Assembly: GCA_000092065.1 (NCBI GenBank)
Contig: CP000588.1
Source of the DNA: Ostreococcus lucimarinus
Lineage: Eukaryota
Direction: 5' to 3' (one strand)
DNA: 64,000 bases
In this document: positions 36,156 through 45,100 of the stretch, one piece after another
Position numbering within the stretch: the stretch's first letter is position 1
Layout: each line of letters opens with the position of its first letter
Translations under genes and position numbers: made by a program
Notes under the pieces: generated by a model
Database searches by the model: none
What the model saw: only the letters and a program-made list of their open reading frames with translations
Told to the model about the DNA's origin: nothing

Positions 36156-39100
36156 TTAATACCAAGGCGCCCAAATCGCTGCGGAACGACTGACGTTGCG
36201 AATGTTAAGAGCGGCATCGACCAGGTGTAAGACAGCCTTTTGAACGCTCGGTACCGTGTCCGACGTGTCGGGGAGTACCGGGGTCGGGGCGATGATCGGT
36301 AACCTCCGAAGCACCTCCTGTACATTGGCGCGCGCCATGTTTTTAATCTCCGACGGCGACGGGCTCACGGGAGGGGTGTCGCCGCCCATGCGACGCCACG
36401 GCCAAACCATGAGTTGATCGCGAAAGAATAATTCAAGATGGGCCTCTAAGTCAGCTTCGGGCGCTGTGCACGCTTGCGCGGCGGACGCCATGGAGGCGAC
36501 AAAGTCACCCTTGACGCCAAACGGTGTGAAGAACGTGTGCAAGTTTCGCGTTAGGCGGAACGGCACGGGTTCGATGTACTCGACAATACCTTTTTGATCA
36601 AACGCCGGGTGGAAGTCAAGCATGAATATCTTGCCAGTATTCTTGGCGAACATGATCTTGTTCGGTGTTCGGCCGCCAATGCGTAGGAGCGCGGACAAGA
36701 AGCTTGACATTGCGAGCTGCTGCGAAAGTTGACGCTTAAACGTCCACAAGTGCGAGCTGCTCGGAAGTGTCTTGTACATGTACTGCGAGAAGATATTTTC
36801 TGTCACGTGCTTTTGCGTAATCTCCATCAGGGCTTTCAGGCGAAGCTCCAGTACCTCTTCGGTGCCCGTAACTTCTCCCAGAATCGCAGGGTCGAGCGCG
36901 GCCTTGAAGAGCGTAATCGGTAAGTCTGCTTCGCGGCCGTAACGCGCGCAGTTGGCGTCGTACACCTCGGCATACGTGCCGTTTGCATCGTCGTCTTCGA
37001 GCAAGCGCACTTGTGGCCATACTGGAACGATGGCTGGGGTGTAATAGCACATGTTTCGACGTCTCGTCTCTGTGTGCTTGGCCAAAACTCCATTCAATGT
37101 GGACAAAAGTTGCACCATGCGCTCCTCACCGCGCGCCGCCGGTGTTAGCGACGTCTGGACCAAGAATTGCTTGGACGAACCATCCGTGCCAAGGAACTCT
37201 AAGCGTCGTAAGCAGTTTCCGTTCCGTCGCACGACGTGCACATCGGCACCGATACGCTCGAGCTTGACAAAGCGATCGGTGACGCCAAACGTCAAGTCGC
37301 CCGAATACTGCCCAGGAATTTCAATCTCGTGAAACGTGACATTTCTGAGCTGGTCGGATTCAGCCTCGAGACGCAACGTCGCCGGCAATCGATCCTCAAC
37401 ATCGTTCAGTAAGCGTTGTTTCCAAGCCTTAAGCTTCACCATGAGTTCCGCAACCGTCGTCGGAAATGTACTTTCCTCCGGATTCAATTCGCGTTCGTAA
37501 CTCGCTTTGTATTCTTCGACGAAATCTGCGTGCTTCGCCGAAGTATCCGCGCTGAAGCAGGCCTTACACACGCCTATGAGTTCCTTCTTGAAGCTCTCCG
37601 GAACTTCGCCGGTCGTCGCCGCTGGATACTTGTAGCATCGGTGCAACAACGTGTAGACGACAACTAATAACCGTTCTTCAGGCGTACACGCAAATTTCGT
37701 ACCGAGTTCGCTAAGTAAGACTTCGAGCTCGCCGACCAAGTTGCCGTGTCTGGTTCGAATGTGTTCCATGATTTCTTTCGCCGCTTCGAAAGCCCAGTTG
37801 GCATCCTTCGCGCGCGATGCAGCCGCGGCAACATCGGGTGGTAAAGGTGTGCCTGGGGCGCTGGATGACTTCTGAGTAGCGCCACTCTTCTCGGCAATTG
37901 TGCGCGCAGTTTGAGTCGCTCGCGCCGCCGAGTCTCTTCGCTCGAGTAAGCACGTGCGCAATTGGTAGTAAACCGCTTGCGGGTGCGCGGCGGCGACGTC
38001 TTTGAGAATTGCCAAAGCATACGCTTGTTCCTGATGTGCGAGAGACAGAAGTAGCTGTGGAATCCAAGGAATCCAAACCCAAGTGGGCAAAGCGTCGAGA
38101 TGACGCACGATGGCGAGGCTGATAGGCTCGGGATTTACGTCAAACGCGAGCATTTGAATCACATGAATCAACTGGTGTCGATTCTCGTGAACGTTGTGCT
38201 TGACGGCTTGCAAGTAGCAGGTCGCTGTTTGTTGCGCAATGTTTGAAATAGAGCCGTCATCACCGCGCATTCGACAAAACTTGCCCCACGACAGCCACGA
38301 CTCGGCGCGTTGCTTGCACAACGACACAGAAGTCGAATACGACGCGTGCGCAGCGTCGTAATCTTCAAGCTGCTCTTGGAACTTTGCTCTCAGGCGGAAT
38401 AACTCAGCCTTTTGCGGTGGTGAGAAGAACTCCAGACTCGCAGATTCAAGGAGATTGATTCCAGTGATGGCTTCATTCTCAAACGCGAGGTACGCTTCGC
38501 ATTGTTCTCGAAGCTTTGAGAAAGCCTCTGAAACTTCAACTTGACCTTGATGACGCGACAAGATGTTCAGCGCAACCTCAGGCAAGCGCTGTTTACGCGC
38601 CGCTCGTGCAAACTTATTCAAACTCCACGCGCGCTCACGTTGACCGAGCTGATCGAGCTGTTGCGTTACTTGCAACATCGCGGGATTTTGCTCGCCGATT
38701 TGCTTTGCTGCGTGCGTCATGATGTTGTGCATGTTTCCGCGCCACATGAGGATCTCGCTCCACCACGGCACCGGATCCCATTCGTTGGGTGTGCGCAGAC
38801 GCCAAGTTTCCATGATGTCCTGAACCAACGTGCGATTGTTCGTGATCCCTTGCACGCCTCGGCGTTGGGTATTGGAAAGTTCGAGCAAGATGCGCGTAGA
38901 TTCTTGTACTTCCGCGATGGCGTTGAACATGTGAAGCGACGGAATGTGGCACGTTGAACCGGTCTCTGGAAGACGCCACCATCGATCAAGCGATGACTTA
39001 ACGGCGTTCGCCCAGTGCTGTTCAGCTTCGCGTACGCGTCCACTGACAAGTGAGGCGAACGCGCGAACTGTGGTGATTTCGGGGGTTTCCTCGATTTCAT

Positions 39101-42100
39101 TCAGCGTGCCGCTCGGCATCAGATCTTTCACACCCGCCCAATCTGAAAGTCGCCACATGCTCTGCACCATCAACTCGCTGTGCTCAACAGTTCGACTGAA
39201 GTCAGAAATCAAGTCCCATTGATTCAGTTGTTTCGCTGAATTCAGCCATTGCGTTTCCCACAGACACATCTCCGTCTTCGACACTCCCGGAGCCTGCCCA
39301 GCGGTGGCGAGCTGGATACCTTTGAAGAAGACATCTTGCGCATCTTGCCAGTGTCCGTGCTGCACGAGAGAGAGACCTGCTCGTGTGACATCGGACTGGC
39401 AACGCTGCATCCATAAGCCAACCAAAACGTCTTGCTCGTTCAACAATCGGTAAAGCTCGCTGAGAGCGTCGAAGCATCTAGCCTCTTGCGGATAGCGCAC
39501 GACGTGATTCTCGAGCAAAGCGATGGCGGTGTGCCATGCGTTGAACGTCTTACCAAGGAACTTGCTCAACTCGCTTGGAATCTTCAGCTGCGGCTGAGAA
39601 AGAGATATTCCTTCCAGTAGAGCTTGAATGACGTTTGGACGCACTGCGGCCTGACGAAGGTGCGATTCTTTACTGAGCAAACCAATCATCGGTTTGGCAA
39701 GTTGCAACTGCTCTTCGCGTTGCAATGTCGCCCAAACGATGGGGAAGATCAAGACCCAGAGATAATACGCAATGTGTGCGTTCCTCGTCGCCACTTGTCG
39801 AAGCGGCGACATTAAGTCATTTACGCGAATCTGCGCCTTTTCGTGGAGGAACTTCGCGTGGCGCTTGATCAAATCGTCGAGTTCGGCGGGATTTGCCTTC
39901 GCGTTTTTTGATTTAGCCGGAACGGGTAGAGGTTTCTTTGTCTCTGAATCAATCGGCAGAAGCGGGGTGATCAACGCACTGTTCGGAGCAAGCATGATTC
40001 TTTCATCCTCGGCGAGCGTGCTGAGAATCAAATCCAGGCCTTGCATCAACCAGAAAGTGTCCGCCATAGCATCCCAATCTTGAATGGTCAAGATATACTG
40101 CAAGCGCTGAAAGAGCGACTTGCCGATGGCGTCGTGATAAAGTGCAAAGAACTTCTTACGGAGCTCCGGCCTTCGAGTGCGGAGACCAAGCAGGTGAGTA
40201 CGTTCGACTTTGAGGAACACTTCAGTGCGCACGGCTGGGTCGTGTTTGCCCTCGGGTGCACAGAGTTTGTAAATCGCCCCCAAAAGCTTTTCTTCCCATG
40301 CTTGCGTTTGCGTGATGGCGAGGCCCATGCGCGTCAACTGTGCAAGCTTGGACAAGAACAAGACGGTTTCCTTTGCGTTCAAGCTACCGACACGTGTATC
40401 GTTGTCTTCGGGAGCGCCGCCTTCGCCCAAGGCTAAGTCGTCCGTCCAAGTAACCATAGCGTCGAGAATAGCCATGAGAACGTTACCGTGCGTTGACTTG
40501 TCATTAATGAGTTGTAGCAGTAAACGCAAGAAAATCTGCTTCTGATCTGAGCCAGCCGCAATGACTCGCTGAGATAAGATCTTGATGCACTTAGCCATGC
40601 AGTAGGCAACGCTACCGTACTCTGGTTCGAGCACTTCAGGGGGCGCTTGACCACGCTTCGGATGCGCAGCCTGAAGCTCACCCGCGGCGGACGCAGTATT
40701 CAACTCGTGCGTCATGCGCGCGAGCACCTTCATCAAGTTTGGCAGATACGTGTCAATCTTAGAAGCGGCAAAGACGGCTTCGGATTCAACCACCGTGAGA
40801 ATGCCAGCCAATGACGTGTTTGCTTGGTCGTTATTCGGCGAACTCTTTGAAATGATGGCATCTTCCGTGCATTTTACGTAAAACACCCCGATATGCTGCC
40901 TCAATTCTTCGATATCAGCGTCGTGCTTGCCGTTCGAATCGCCGTTACACTTGAGTATCTCACCGATGACTTCACCCAAAAGCCCATGCGCTTCACGGCT
41001 CGCAGACGAGTAGGAAGGTTCGATGAGGCGAAGAGTTTGTTGAATGCTTTCTGTGACGAACTCGTAATCGGGCGTCTTCAATGCGCACTTGAGAACGGAA
41101 AGACCCATGATGAGGGTAGACGTGGGATCGCGTTGGGCTTGATTTGCCAATGTCAAGAGCTTGTCGATGAAAGTGAACTTGATGCGCACAGACGGCCACA
41201 TCGCCAACGCCTTTGAGAGGAGATCTAAAGTTCGCACATTGAGAACTTGTGCGTCTTGGTCCTTACCTTCTCCAGTGATGAAAGTCATTCGAACGAGGAA
41301 GTTGACGATGATTTCAGCCATCGCCGGCGACGTTTCAAACTCCTTTTCTTCATCTTGATCGTCGGCCGATTTGGGCATCGATTTGAGCTTTTCTGTATCC
41401 GGTAAGTCACTAACCATTTCTTCGGTAGCTTCCTCTTCTTCCTTGGTCTGCTTCGCCGAGCGCGAAGCGCGCTTTGAACGTCCCGGTGATTTGCTTTCGG
41501 CTTCTTCCTTCTTCGACTTTTTGGTACCCTTCTTTCCGCGACGAGTCGGCGTCGTGACTTCCTCGTCTCTTTCTGGACTCTCCGCCGCCTTGCGCTTTCC
41601 AGTCGTCGACGGCTCAGCTTCGTTCGATCCTACTCCAGTGATTCTATCATTCTCCCAGCTAATGATGAGTTCGACCAAATCGACCGAAAGCACTCGGTTA
41701 GAATGCGAAGAGCTCGTGGGCAAGCCCAAACGCGAAAGCAAGTTTACCATCTGCCCAACAAACTGCGCTCGTGATGAGTAAAACAACTTGGAATGCCGCA
41801 CAATCAAGTTCCAAATGTGAACGAGCTGCGGAAGCGAATGACCGTCTTCGATTAAGCTCTTCTTGGTGTATCGAATCCAAATCGGGTGCTTGTGCTCACC
41901 TGGTTGAAGACGCAAAGGCAACGCTGGAGTGAGAGCGTCAAGCGCCTCGGTAACTAATGATTTTTGCTCTGGTTGATATGCCCGAAGTAACGCAACGAAG
42001 ACTTGCAATATGATCTTTTCTGGCGCTTGATACGCCTGTAAAAAGTAACTGATGTTGACGAAGGCCCATTGCTTGCTCGAAGAATCTTCACGCTTCAAGT

Positions 42101-45100
42101 GATTCCATCCGAACTTGATGAGTTCCTTACGATGATTAACCAAAGTTTTGGGAACGTGACGAATAAGCAACGTGCTTAGTTGTAGCAACTGAATAAGAAG
42201 GGACTCGTTGTACAACGTGGTGTTGTCACCATCGGAGGGTTCGAGCACATCATCGACCAGTTCGTTCACGAATTCGTCAGTGACGACTTCAAGAGCCTCA
42301 CTTGACGCCTCTCCGTCTTCGTCGGCACAGCCGACGAGAACTTTCTCAAGCATTGGATTTATCAAAACCTTGAGCGCGGTGACGAGAACATCCGGATCGG
42401 CTTCGCCGCCGGCTTCGGCTTGCTCGCGAAACTCGGTTAAAAATTGTGTCAAGACTGCGTTGCGCTCTGCCGGTGTGTACACGTCGACGACTTCAGACTT
42501 TATGAATTCTCGGACGAAGGTGTAATCCACCACGCTACATTTGCAGAGCACTGGCATGATCTTAAACAGTATTTGAACCTGAGAACGATCGCCTTTGACG
42601 ACAGAAAGGAAGCACTTCACGAGATATTTGCTTTCCATCATTGCCGGAAGCGAGTTTGTATATCCGTTGAGCAAACGATCGGCCCGTTCTTCGCTGTCCC
42701 AACATTCGTCTAGTTGCGTCAATATGGCGCTCTCCTCGGAGAGCCACTTTGGCATGATTTTAACAATCGTAGATAAGAGCTTCAAGCCATTGTAGTAGGC
42801 AAGCTGTGGGTCTTTGTTCTTCTGCAAGTCTTTCATCGCGATCTTGTCGTGTTCATCTAGTTCGCCATTGGCACCAAAGATCACACGCAACAGCTTGGAA
42901 GAAGTCGCGGTGAGCGCGTTCAGAAGTTCGGCGCCTTCAGATAACTTGAGAATCTTTACGAAGAGGGAGAAGTGTTCCGGCTGGTCCAGACGCGCCAAGA
43001 AGTACGCGATCGATTCTTTCGGATACTTGCACAGAAATTTCGTAAGCGGCACGGTGTAAAGGGAGTTGGCCTCGCTGTACACACTTTCAGGGGGCATCGT
43101 CGCCTCAATCGCCATCACGTCGCGCACCAAAGGCTTGATGAAATCAAACGGCGTAAGCTTCGGCTCGTTCGCTTTTGCATCACTTTTACCGTCGCGAAGC
43201 TTCGGAAGTAAGTGAAACAAGTTGACGATCGACGCGATCAACTTCGCATCTTTCGGAGACTTTCGAATCTGTCCTGGTACACTCGGCGCGCTTGCGTCGA
43301 GCTCCAGCCAATACTTGATGTGCTCCAGCAACTTCTCACCCAGTGTCGGGCTGAACCACTCAGCTAAAAGTTCGAGTAAGTACTCCAATGCTTCTAACAG
43401 CGGAATTGTCAGCTTTGAGAGATGTTGCAAGTTCATCAAAATCGGGCTCACGGATTGCTTGAGCGTGTTCTTGTTCATGTGAGGCTTGACTTCAACCAAA
43501 CCACGCTTTGCGATAGCCACGATGTCTCCATTACGAGACGTCAAGCTCGTGAAGAGCACCGTCGAAATCCGCTCGCGCACAGCAACAATGTCGGCCGAGC
43601 TATCTGATTTTGAAAATTCAGGTGTGCTCAGGGCGGTACTCAAGACTTTCACGCACGACTGCCGAAGAGTGGACAGCGACTCGTTCTCTTGCGTCTCGAC
43701 GTTCAAAACTGTATTGTCATCACTCTCAGCGACAAGGAGCACAGCGTTAAAGAACGCGCCCGGGCTAGTTTGTACCGACATATCCTTCAATGGGATCAGC
43801 GATGGCGAACGAATCAAGCAAAAGTCGACAAACTTCACCAGTTGAATCTGGGCCAACACGTGTCGAGTCTGCAACGGCTTTTCAAGCAACACGGTCAAAT
43901 GTGACTTGGATTGCGACAAAATGCTTTCCATGGTAGTCGAGGTTCGCTCAGCGATCCCCAAAAGCGCTTTCTCGACCGCAGTACGACATGCACACGTGCT
44001 CGCTACGCTACGCAGTTCTTCAAGGAGAATTGACACACTAGCTGCAACGCCATCGCCGCTATCGCCTTCAATCACCGTCGGCGGCTCGCTTCCGCTCGGA
44101 ATGCTTCTCTCAATGATTCGCAAAAACACTTCTTCAGCTTCCTTTTTCTGCGTCATCGCGTACACTGGAAGTAGCTGAATCGCGCGCATTATCGCGGGAA
44201 GTATGTCGGGGAGACGAGACTTGAGGATAGACGTCGGCAAACTCTTGCACAATCTGTCCAAACCAGCAACACCGCCGATGATGCAGTGCGCTTCCTGTTT
44301 GTAGCAACAGTGGACCAATCGAGGCAGCAGCGCCTCAATAAAGGCTGCTAATTTAGGATAGGAACTCTCATCCACGTCCATCGTTTTCTTCTTCGACTTT
44401 TTCGGCGTCGGCTTTTTCTCCATCGTGTCTTCAGCGGCTTGAATCTCGTCAACTTCGTCTCGAGTTAAAATGAGCACCGCGTCGATAAAAGTACCTATCG
44501 TCTTCAAAGTTGCATTTAAGTGCACTTGCTTTGGAGATTCGAGCGACTTCATTAGCGCGTCTAAGAAGAGCGTCGTTTCCAAGATCTTGAGGTTCATCGA
44601 ACGCGGGCGATCGATTGAATCGTGATCCATTCTATCGGCCACAGGTTGCTCGGGCCGCACAGCGTTGCTAACGAACAACATGGCCATGTGCTCGCAAACG
44701 CTATCCATGAACGTCTCATCGGTTTCCTTCAAAGTTGGGTCGCATTCAGCAGCGATCACAGTGATGACCAACTGTTTGAAAACATTCTGCTCTGCCACAA
44801 GCTGACTCTTTGTTTTGTTACCTAATTGCGTCGAGCCCTCTGCGACGGTTGCAGAGTCAAACTTTTTCCCCCACCCGTTGGAAATTGCAGCTTCGATGGC
44901 ACTTTCTATTTGTTCTACAGACCCAGATAAAGCGTGGCCAGCGCTCAAGTTCAACGCGGAAATCAAGCACGTCCTAATAAAAGTCAACGCTTGGCGTCTG
45001 TGACGAATGAGTGCCTCGGACGCCTTGACGTTCGGGATCAGTGGCGTTGAAAGAATGTTCTGCATCAACACGATGCAACGATCCAAGGGGACCAGAAACG

